Shown here: positions 56,468 to 64,000 of the stretch, piece by piece | Position numbering within the stretch: position 1 is the stretch's first letter | Layout: each line of letters starts with the position of its first letter | Position numbers and translations under genes: made by a program | From: Candidatus Poribacteria bacterium | GTDB lineage: Bacteria > Poribacteria > WGA-4E > PCPOR2b | Direction of reading: 5' to 3' | Assembly: GCA_965198175.1 (NCBI GenBank) | Contig: OZ240245.1 | Coordinates: forward strand, 608,001 to 672,000 | Length of the DNA: 64,000 nucleotides | The notes under the pieces: generated by a model | Database searches by the model: none | What the model saw: the letters and a program-made list of their open reading frames with translations, nothing else | Told to the model about the DNA's origin: nothing

Positions 56468-58198
56468 CTATTGTTTCAGTTTCTCTCGTCCTCTTACGCT
56501 GCCTCGCAAGCCAAAAAGTAACCCAACGGAGATAAGCGCTACAAGTGGCGGATACACGAAACGCTTGTTCGAAGGAACAGGATCTAGAACGAAAGTATAC
56601 CACGTCGAAATAGCTCGCTTAGTTTTCACGTCGCCGTTGGCGCCATCCCAGGCGGAGAAAGCAATAGGGATAAAGCTTTCAGGTTCAAGTTGAAGGTCCT
56701 TTTTGTCATCTGTCTTAAGCGCTCGCTTGACCCACAGACGGTAACGCCCATCTTCGTAGACACTTTCAACCTGCATCTGGCTTTGTGACAGTTGGACGGT
56801 GGCTTTATCAATTCCCTTGGCGTTCATCTCTGTGATTTTGTCAGGTTCAGCAACCTTCCACTGCCAGAGGTAAACGGGACGTCGTCCGCCCCAGATGAAG
56901 TACGGCTTGGGATCAGAAGGACTCTTAGGCACCTTTACAGGGAACTGAATGGCAATGGCATCTTCAACGGTTTCCCCCGTCTCATCATCTTCTCGCGGAA
57001 GGGTTTTCGTCCGATCGTCCCACGTGAAGAGAAACACGACCTCATTATCGTTATAGAAGGACTTGGCTGTCACCGAATCTATTGATGGGTTGAACTGTCG
57101 TGGTTCAATAACAACCTGACCCACGAGCGGGAAGTAGCTCGCCTCCTTGATTTCACTCCAGGCAGCATCATTTAATCCTGGCAGGTCTTCGACGAGATAT
57201 TGTGAGCGTAGGACTTTGTCACCTACCGCGGCTGGGGGACGTCCATCGCGCCCCAGCGATTTCACGTAATTTGCCAAGTGCCAACTCTTCTCGAATATTG
57301 GCTTCATGGCATCGTCAAGTTTTTTCTGCTCATCGGGGGTTATTTCTTCTCCCTCTTCAACTCTGAGCATGATGTCTTCATACTCGTAGGCTTTTTCCTC
57401 TAGCTGCGCGTACTCCGCTTCCTCCACCTCAGTCATTTCGTCTTTCTCTTCAAGCGCGATTATCCGCTCTGTCTCGGCGTCGGTCAAACCGAGTCGGAAG
57501 GCAGACACAAATGCCGGCATCGGCGACCCGGCAATCCCGCCAATAAACCGTTTGAAAATATCCTCTGTGGATGAGCCACCCCTGAAATTCCAACTGTGCT
57601 CCATATTCGCGGGCCAGCTGCGGAATCCCCACTCATCGGTAAGATCTGGTGCAGATGTGCCATCTCCTCGCCCGAGTGCGCCGTGACATTCGACGCAGCC
57701 AAGTTTAGCGTAAAACTCTTTCCCTTTAGCAACGCTCTCCTCAGAATAAGGTATCTTACCTGACAGGTCAATCACTCGTGGCGACGCCTCTTCAAAACCC
57801 TCAAAGAACGTCTTGATATGGGCAACGAGACTCCATCGCTCATCCTCACTGAGAAGCCCCTTCCATGCTGGCATTGACGATCCTGGCATACCGTTTGAGA
57901 TTGCCTCAAATAGGTCCTGGTCCGTCGGTAAGTTCCCACTCTCTGTGGAGCGAATTTTGTAGAGTCCGGACGTGAAATCCCTCGGTCTTGGCAACAGGTT
58001 TTCGGAGGCGTCCCCATCGCCAGCTCCCTCAATTCCGTGGCAATGAGCGCACTTGTCTATATAGAGCGATTTTCCCGCCACAGAAGCAGCGGGGGCAGTT
58101 TTGCCCTGCGCAAAAAGCGAACATGTTATCATTGCAGGAAATAGAAGAAAACCTGCAATATATATAGTGAGTGATTTCTTAGCAAACAATCGGTTCAT
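56468..58198 (-). CDS. Dihaem c cytochrome fused to an ethylbenzene-dehydrogenase-gamma-like (DOMON haem b) domain, C-terminal TM
   Basis: CAHCH, CVECH, PRPRDFT; C-terminal WDD...DAIAIQFP...WQW...KRAL...AFSAWDG...K..STW. Confidence 0.8.
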   Translation of the reverse strand: MNRLFAKKSLTIYIAGFLLFPAMITCSLFAQGKTAPAASVAGKSLYIDKCAHCHGIEGAGDGDASENLLPRPRDFTSGLYKIRSTESGNLPTDQDLFEAISNGMPGSSMPAWKGLLSEDERWSLVAHIKTFFEGFEEASPRVIDLSGKIPYSEESVAKGKEFYAKLGCVECHGALGRGDGTSAPDLTDEWGFRSWPANMEHSWNFRGGSSTEDIFKRFIGGIAGSPMPAFVSAFRLGLTDAETERIIALEEKDEMTEVEEAEYAQLEEKAYEYEDIMLRVEEGEEITPDEQKKLDDAMKPIFEKSWHLANYVKSLGRDGRPPAAVGDKVLRSQYLVEDLPGLNDAAWSEIKEASYFPLVGQVVIEPRQFNPSIDSVTAKSFYNDNEVVFLFTWDDRTKTLPREDDETGETVEDAIAIQFPVKVPKSPSDPKPYFIWGGRRPVYLWQWKVAEPDKITEMNAKGIDKATVQLSQSQMQVESVYEDGRYRLWVKRALKTDDKKDLQLEPESFIPIAFSAWDGANGDVKTKRAISTWYTFVLDPVPSNKRFVYPPLVALISVGLLFGLRGSVRGREKLKQ

Positions 58199-58327
58199 TT
58201 GTCACAGGATTACCGCTCTATTTTATACGAGTAACTTTGTAGAAAAACCCAACACCTCAATCGAAGGGCCACTGTCGGTTTCCATAACCACGGGGTTTTT
58301 CTAACCGTGATTGGTTTTCACTGGTGC

Positions 58328-59110
58328 TTAGTGTTTAGCCTCGCCAAACGTTCTCGGTTTATAGCCGGTGTATTCCGACAAGAAGATGATGACATCCCAG
58401 ATCTCCTCTTCAGTCAAATAGTTCTCCCAGACCGGCATAGCAGAGTCCCAAGGGGTTGCCGCCGGTGGCAAGCCTGGTCCCCCTTTACTAATACGCCAGA
58501 ATAGGAACGATTCCTGGAAGTTTGGGATGATACCGGGGTCTTGGAAGTTCGCAGGCAGTGGGTTCAATCCGTGCGCAAAATGCCCCTCTCCATCAAGATC
58601 GTCGCCGTGGCAATAAAAACAGTTTTGGTAGTAAACTCGACGCCCGTTATCTGCGTGGCCCTTGAATGCTTCCTTGTCATCTTTTTCAAGGTGCCGGAAG
58701 GGGTTCTCCACCTCTTGTGTGGGACCGATAACCTTGTTGTCGCGGTCGGTCAGTTCATCAGGCGGAGCTGGGTGGGCGACGCGTAACGATGCAGGTGCTT
58801 CTGCCTTCGTTGATACCTTAGAAAAGGTAAAAAGAAGCATGACCAGAGGAATAAGGACGAACAGTACGGTACATCTTGTCCTTCTATTATCATCAGCCAA
58901 AGTTTCTCTGATGGGACGCAGAAATTCCCGAAACCTATCATCTTCAACGGATACGTGAACTAAAATCGCCAATAAAATCAGGCCGAGATACATGCTGATT
59001 ACGCTAGCAGGCAACGGCACAGACCACACGCCACCGATGAAGAATTTTAAGAAGAGCCAAATCACGGCAAATAGGATTAGGCATTTGGTGAAAAGCGATA
59101 ATTTTGGCAT
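58328..59110 (-). CDS. Membrane-anchored monohaem cytochrome c
   Basis: Three TMs, HPAPP, CFYCHG, PANF, FWRISKGGPGLP, SAMPVW. Confidence 0.85.
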   Translation of the reverse strand: MPKLSLFTKCLILFAVIWLFLKFFIGGVWSVPLPASVISMYLGLILLAILVHVSVEDDRFREFLRPIRETLADDNRRTRCTVLFVLIPLVMLLFTFSKVSTKAEAPASLRVAHPAPPDELTDRDNKVIGPTQEVENPFRHLEKDDKEAFKGHADNGRRVYYQNCFYCHGDDLDGEGHFAHGLNPLPANFQDPGIIPNFQESFLFWRISKGGPGLPPAATPWDSAMPVWENYLTEEEIWDVIIFLSEYTGYKPRTFGEAKH

Positions 59111-59125
59111 AACGGCTTAACACTC

Positions 59126-60646
59126 CTATTCAGCGCTTTCTTCCGCTCCTTCATCTTGAGATTCACCTTCAGCCACTGTCGTGCCTGCTACACCCGTTAG
59201 GGTTGATAAAAATGCAAGGAGATCGCTCATGTCCCCAACCGACAATAACAGCGGAAAGTTATTCGGCATCGGGGAAGTTACATCGAGTCGTTTACCGAAG
59301 GCGCGGCTGTGGGTCGGTCCCTCGTCAATATCGAATTTGTCAATCGTCTGATCTTCGCCATCCACTCTTAAGGTGATTTCGTCCTCATTTTCCGATACCA
59401 GCTCCCCGACGATTACATTCTCATCGAAGTCGATGAGCGTCACCTGAACCTTCACATTCGATTTAGAAACTGTCAGTGTTTCTCCACCTACCTGAAGCGT
59501 AATGCTTTCGTCAGCCTCTTCTAAGAGGTCGCCGCTTATAGACGCTCCCGTATCGGCAAGCGTCACTTGGATCCAGAAGTATCCCTTCCCATTTAGATTG
59601 GTAAGTTCTTCAATCGGCTCCGGATCAAGTTCGCTCAAAGGTATTGGCTGTTCGGTTTCAACGCCGGCAGCGTTTTTCACGCGCACAGTGATTTTCTCAT
59701 AGTCTTGCGAGACGAGCGTCCCCTGAATTGAGGCGCCGCCGGTTTTCACCGTAACGGAACCGTATCCGCTCACAATTTGGGCGTTCGGCTTCAAGATTGA
59801 CTCCTCAATATACCGCATACTGTACAGTTCCGCGATCTCTGTCAGGTCTGGTGCTGCCACAACCTCTACGCCTTCATCAAGTGTTTGACCCGCAGGTTTC
59901 TCAACACCGCCAACAGCGTGACATGCAATGCACTTCGCACCATCTACAAAAACCCTTTTGCCGCGCTCAATGTCTCCAGCCAAAATGGGTGGCAGTTCTT
60001 CGACTTGCGCTACAGTCCTTCCGATATGAAAGGGCGGCTCGAACGGCATCACATCCACTTCTCCGCCCTGATTCTGTAGGAAGGCGATAACCGTTTCAAT
60101 CGCTAGCTCGGATAAACTGATCGGCGGCTTCCAGACCGGCGGCATAATGTTGCCGTAGCCGGTGACGAGGAACTTGTGCGGTTCATACGTGGACTCAATT
60201 AGATAATCTTTTGCCGAGACGCCGGGTTTGCGTGTCGCGGCTCGGGCGCCGACATCCGATAGATCCGGGCAGCGACTCTTAGGAGCAGAGGGATCAAGTG
60301 TGTGACAGGTGTGGCATTTCCCTCTTCCGTTAAAGATTGCTTCGCCTGCCTCAACAAATGCCTCCGGTGTTCGCTCAATACTTGACAGATCCACCTTCGC
60401 GGTCGATGTTTCTGGAACAATACTGGCGGCGAACGCATAAAACCAGATGACCATCAACGAGAATGACAGTAGTTTCATCACGCTTTGCCAGAGTATAAGA
60501 TTAGCCAAAGCAAAGATAAAAAACCACACTGACCACGGCAGCAGGTTTTCCGATGCGATCGGAAAAGCAGGGGCTTTCGCGACGTAGGCGATAAAACTCA
60601 CGATCATAATAACTAAACTGGCGATTTTTGTGACCGTGTTTGACAT
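59126..60646 (-). CDS. Membrane-anchored dihaem cytochrome c
   Basis: CHTCH...IMPP and CIACH...SPMP; N-terminal TMs. Confidence 0.85.
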   Translation of the reverse strand: MSNTVTKIASLVIMIVSFIAYVAKAPAFPIASENLLPWSVWFFIFALANLILWQSVMKLLSFSLMVIWFYAFAASIVPETSTAKVDLSSIERTPEAFVEAGEAIFNGRGKCHTCHTLDPSAPKSRCPDLSDVGARAATRKPGVSAKDYLIESTYEPHKFLVTGYGNIMPPVWKPPISLSELAIETVIAFLQNQGGEVDVMPFEPPFHIGRTVAQVEELPPILAGDIERGKRVFVDGAKCIACHAVGGVEKPAGQTLDEGVEVVAAPDLTEIAELYSMRYIEESILKPNAQIVSGYGSVTVKTGGASIQGTLVSQDYEKITVRVKNAAGVETEQPIPLSELDPEPIEELTNLNGKGYFWIQVTLADTGASISGDLLEEADESITLQVGGETLTVSKSNVKVQVTLIDFDENVIVGELVSENEDEITLRVDGEDQTIDKFDIDEGPTHSRAFGKRLDVTSPMPNNFPLLLSVGDMSDLLAFLSTLTGVAGTTVAEGESQDEGAEESAE

Positions 60647-60682
60647 CGGTTAGTTCCTATTTCTTGGTTATCAAGGGAGCAG

Positions 60683-61801
60683 TTATGATTCGCTGGTCAA
60701 TGCCAATTCCAACGCAAAATTCGTTATGGGTTTAGTCGCGTCTGACGAAACGTGGAACGTATCCTCCAACCGCGCTCCCCCTGTGCCAGGGACAGACAGT
60801 ACGGGGTGGCCAACCGTCACTGTCATGCCTTCTCGAATCTCAATGCTGGAATCACCGGGGTGAATGGTTGGGGCGGGGGTTTCTTCAAATCCTAGCCCGA
60901 TGCTATGGCTCATTCCCGACACATAGAACGCGCCATATCCCGCCTTGTCGAAGACCGTCTTTGCTGCTGTATCAATGTCACGAATCCGCGCTCCCGGTTT
61001 TAACGCTTGTATGCCGGCAGCTTGGGCATCTCTGTAGGTATTGAACAGCTCTTGCTGTTTCGTCGTTGGGTCGCCGACGACGAAGGTACGGCAAAGGTTC
61101 GCACAATATCCTCTGTAGCGTGGCACCAAATCAATTACGACCAAATCACCATCTTCGATTGGTTTGTCTGTCGCAGTACCGTGCAACCATCCGGAACGGA
61201 TTCCTGAGTTCACAAATACCGGCGTTGCGGTGCCGTGCCCCCCAGCTTTCCGCATCGCATACTCAATTTCGGCGGCGGCTCGGTTTTCTGTCACGCCCGG
61301 TTTAAGTGTATCTACCGCCGTTCTCATGCCGATGGCAGCGATTTCTCCAGCGCGACGCATGAGCGCTACCTCAGATTCATCCTTGACCATCCGGAGCTCA
61401 TCCATCACGGGTGCGATGTTTACGACCTTGACCTGTGGATTAGCTTTTTGAAATAGATTCAGCAGGAAAGCTGGCGTGGAGAACCACATCTGTACGCCAA
61501 TTGTTATCGTCTCCTTCCCGCCTGTCATTTGACGCATCACCTGAACGACATCTTTAATCTGTTGTCCGACGGAGCCGAAGATTCGGACATCTTCCACGCC
61601 GAGAATAGCCCGAACCTCCTCTTCCTCTCCGGTAAATGTTACGACTATTGGTGCACCTTGCGCAGGAATAATTGCCCGCGGCTGATAGCGGTCGTCGCCG
61701 AAGAAGTAGATGTAATCATCGTGCGTCAGAATGAGATACGCATCAATATTCTGCTCACGCATACGCGCTTGCGCACGTTGAAGCCTTTTCCGGTTAAGCA
61801 T
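60683..61801 (-). CDS. M24/creatinase-fold protein (Xaa-Pro peptidase-like, altered metal ligands)
   Basis: Creatinase N-domain, LRMVKDESE, HSIGL, GARLEDT. Confidence 0.85.
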   Translation of the reverse strand: MLNRKRLQRAQARMREQNIDAYLILTHDDYIYFFGDDRYQPRAIIPAQGAPIVVTFTGEEEEVRAILGVEDVRIFGSVGQQIKDVVQVMRQMTGGKETITIGVQMWFSTPAFLLNLFQKANPQVKVVNIAPVMDELRMVKDESEVALMRRAGEIAAIGMRTAVDTLKPGVTENRAAAEIEYAMRKAGGHGTATPVFVNSGIRSGWLHGTATDKPIEDGDLVVIDLVPRYRGYCANLCRTFVVGDPTTKQQELFNTYRDAQAAGIQALKPGARIRDIDTAAKTVFDKAGYGAFYVSGMSHSIGLGFEETPAPTIHPGDSSIEIREGMTVTVGHPVLSVPGTGGARLEDTFHVSSDATKPITNFALELALTSES

Positions 61802-61812
61802 GGTATTTCACC

Positions 61813-63669
61813 TTAATCATCACCTGTGACAACTTCTGCTGCCACAGGCGGGTGTGTCGCTTTTTTCTTGTCACCCCACAAACCGATCCAGAAGATAAAG
61901 CCTACCAGAGCGAAGAAAATCACCATAATAACAGCAATGACGTTAACGGCATCCGCAAGAAGGGGTGTAAATGCATCCGGAGAGGTGTCGGGCATCACGC
62001 CGAAAATATGCCACGCCTCTCGAAGTCCTGACCGCGCGTAGCCCATCAATCCCATCAGTGACGTAAAAGTGATGGCGAGTAGAATCAGCACGTACTGCGA
62101 CCGGTCCGTCATCTGTCCCCAGTTGATATCGCTTGAACGCATCGCTTTCCGATACATAATCAGGTCAATTACCGCTACCAATATCATGACCGCTAACGCG
62201 ATCAGCACTTGTACCGGCGTTAGAACATCAACGCGAAACTTAGTCTCAACTTTGAACCCTACAATCCCAATCGTAACAATCGCTGCGACAGCAAACCCGA
62301 AAATGGCTGCGATGATGATATTGCCCATTTTACGCCAACCCACCGTCGGCGCTTTACCGGATCGACGGTAAAACAGAAAGCTGATAAAAGTGGTCAAGAT
62401 GATGAGATTGACAACCGTATTTTTCGCCGTCATCAAGCCGAAATACCCAATCAGCGGGTGATTCGGTCCACCCATTGCAGCTTTCTCCCCGGAAGTCGCA
62501 ATCAAACTTCGCGGTGTCATCCAGACCGCGACGCAGATAACAATGATTACCACCATGTATGGACGAAAACGTGCATAAACTTCCCCGCCTTTGATGCGGG
62601 TCATTCCAGACCAGAGATAGTAATTGGCACCGATGAACAATACCCCAATCATCACCGCTTGAATAATGAACAGCCATGAAAACAAGCTGCCCATCATGTT
62701 GATGCCCATCGTGTTATTGAACTGATAGATTTCCCGTCCTAACCAATATCCGGCGAATGGCAGTGGAATTAGCCCACACAGTGCGATAAAGTTGCCCGTA
62801 TATCCCATCCAGTCGTAGTGCGCCTTTTCCTCTTGCGTTTTGGCGACCAAAAAGCGAAAGGCAGCGTAGGCGCCGACGATTGCACCGCCGAAAGCTACAT
62901 TTCCAATGAGACGGTGGATGTTTACGGGCATCCATGTGTAGTTATTGACTGCCTGCCACAGTGTACCGATGAATTCGCCCGTTTCTTCGTCATGGAGGGG
63001 AATCGCCTTGTGGTCTGGCTTTGGACCCATAATCGCTGGGCTTGTTTGATATGTCAGCCACGCATTTGAGACGAACATAATCGCCGTACCGAACACGTTC
63101 AACAGCACACCGAGAAACAGATGCCACATCTTTGATACCTTGCCCTGCATCCGATCCCACCCGTAGGAGTAGAGATAGAGCGTAAAGGTCTCGCCGAAGA
63201 ACAAGAAGACGTAGAAAATCATCGTCGGTCCGAAGATTCCCGTCATTTTGTTCATCACTTTGGGGTAGCACCAAATGAGCACGAAAACTAACACACCGCC
63301 CATCAGTGCAGTCGTTGAGAACGCGCCCATGCAGAGTTTGATGAACTCCTTCGCCATCTTATCATATCGTTTGTCCTTCGTTTTCATCCCGACAAATTCA
63401 ATGACCACCGCGAACATCGGCACACCCAAAATGAAGGACCCGAACAACAGATGTAGCTGGGCGGCGATCCACGCAGCGTTGCGGCTGCCAATCTTCGGGA
63501 AGACGCGGTATTCCGTGTCGGTCACATCTTGGGTGAAGGCAGCAGGGGCAACCGCCAAGAACAGATAGATGACAAGCAGTCCGAGAAAAAGGACTAGCTT
63601 GTCTTTGGAGTTGTTCGGTATAGAACGCATAATCGTGTGTCTCGCAATCTTGACGGACGAATCGAGCAT
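61813..63669 (-). CDS. Cytochrome bd-like oxidase subunit I (Nitrospira-type bd-like family)
   Basis: AQLHLLFGSFILGVP, FFGETF, NIHRLIGN, MGYARSGLR..WHI; many TMs. Start uncertain. Confidence 0.8.
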   Translation of the reverse strand: MLDSSVKIARHTIMRSIPNNSKDKLVLFLGLLVIYLFLAVAPAAFTQDVTDTEYRVFPKIGSRNAAWIAAQLHLLFGSFILGVPMFAVVIEFVGMKTKDKRYDKMAKEFIKLCMGAFSTTALMGGVLVFVLIWCYPKVMNKMTGIFGPTMIFYVFLFFGETFTLYLYSYGWDRMQGKVSKMWHLFLGVLLNVFGTAIMFVSNAWLTYQTSPAIMGPKPDHKAIPLHDEETGEFIGTLWQAVNNYTWMPVNIHRLIGNVAFGGAIVGAYAAFRFLVAKTQEEKAHYDWMGYTGNFIALCGLIPLPFAGYWLGREIYQFNNTMGINMMGSLFSWLFIIQAVMIGVLFIGANYYLWSGMTRIKGGEVYARFRPYMVVIIVICVAVWMTPRSLIATSGEKAAMGGPNHPLIGYFGLMTAKNTVVNLIILTTFISFLFYRRSGKAPTVGWRKMGNIIIAAIFGFAVAAIVTIGIVGFKVETKFRVDVLTPVQVLIALAVMILVAVIDLIMYRKAMRSSDINWGQMTDRSQYVLILLAITFTSLMGLMGYARSGLREAWHIFGVMPDTSPDAFTPLLADAVNVIAVIMVIFFALVGFIFWIGLWGDKKKATHPPVAAEVVTGDD

Positions 63670-63705
63670 TGTTCGCGGCGTCTCGTCAGGCGTTGACTCA
63701 GTGGG

Positions 63706-63999
63706 TTATTTCGCGGCTTTCTTCTTGAAATCAGCGCTCGTAAAATTGACTTGAAGGTCTCCGCTGTCAGAAACTTCAATAGTCTTGGCTTTTGTTGTGC
63801 CGAGCTCCTCGTGCCACGCTTGGATGCGATATTTGCCCGCAGGAACGTCTTTAATTGTGTATGCTCCCTTATCGCTCGAAGCTTCATAACTGTCGGAGCT
63901 GATCCACTCGCCCTTAGCGTCCTTATACCCCGTCGCGGCATAGTAGTCATTGTCTACCACAAAGATATATCCCGTCATCCAATTGTGGATGTCGCATGT
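63706..63999 (-). CDS. Carboxypeptidase-regulatory-like/cupredoxin-like protein, 5'-truncated by window edge
   Basis: TCDIHNWMTGY...VPAGKY..QAWHEELG; paralogous to 55548-56336. Confidence 0.75.
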   Translation of the reverse strand, partial: TCDIHNWMTGYIFVVDNDYYAATGYKDAKGEWISSDSYEASSDKGAYTIKDVPAGKYRIQAWHEELGTTKAKTIEVSDSGDLQVNFTSADFKKKAAK

Positions 64000-64000
64000 A

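Noticed and set aside
56468..63669. Calling the organism a nitrite oxidiser
   Set aside because: No nxrA/nxrB in the window; bd-like and EBDH-gamma-like genes alone are not diagnostic.

Overview
Bacterial chromosomal segment of roughly 50% GC (estimated by eye). The PhyH, PQQ-propeller and TPR genes and the dense REP-like repeats suggest Candidatus Poribacteria or a similar lineage, but this is inference only. (1) 1-6.4 kb holds housekeeping and accessory enzymes (queE end, amidohydrolase, PhyH, methyltransferase, phosphotransferase, TPR, sodC), followed by a 1.7-kb non-coding tract packed with repeats. (2) 8.0-22.4 kb is a minus-strand defence island: zeta-like ATPase pair, MNT plus truncated HEPN, AAA/DUF4276, SNF2 helicase-DUF3883, HEPN-like DUF3644, DUF1156 methyltransferase, orphan MNT and DUF499 ATPase. 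(3) 22.6-35.7 kb holds trpC, a DUF350/DUF4178-like operon, tRNA-Arg(CCG) with a decaying Panacea TA islet, gluconolactonase, dut-thyA-folA, tRNA-Leu(GAG) and a GldF/GldG/DUF4340 module. (4) 35.9-64 kb is one ~28-kb minus-strand respiratory and haem super-cluster: a Nitrospira-type cytochrome bd-like subunit with three c-type cytochromes, an A-family cytochrome c oxidase with assembly factors, and a maturation block. In that block four different proteins carry six copies of a PCP_red-like (BchB/ChlB C-terminal) module next to an Mrp ATPase, which is the best candidate here for an undescribed system. A 79-bp GATC-bounded palindrome recurs at gene junctions and supplies stop codons and C-termini. 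All family assignments come from motif recognition, not database searches.
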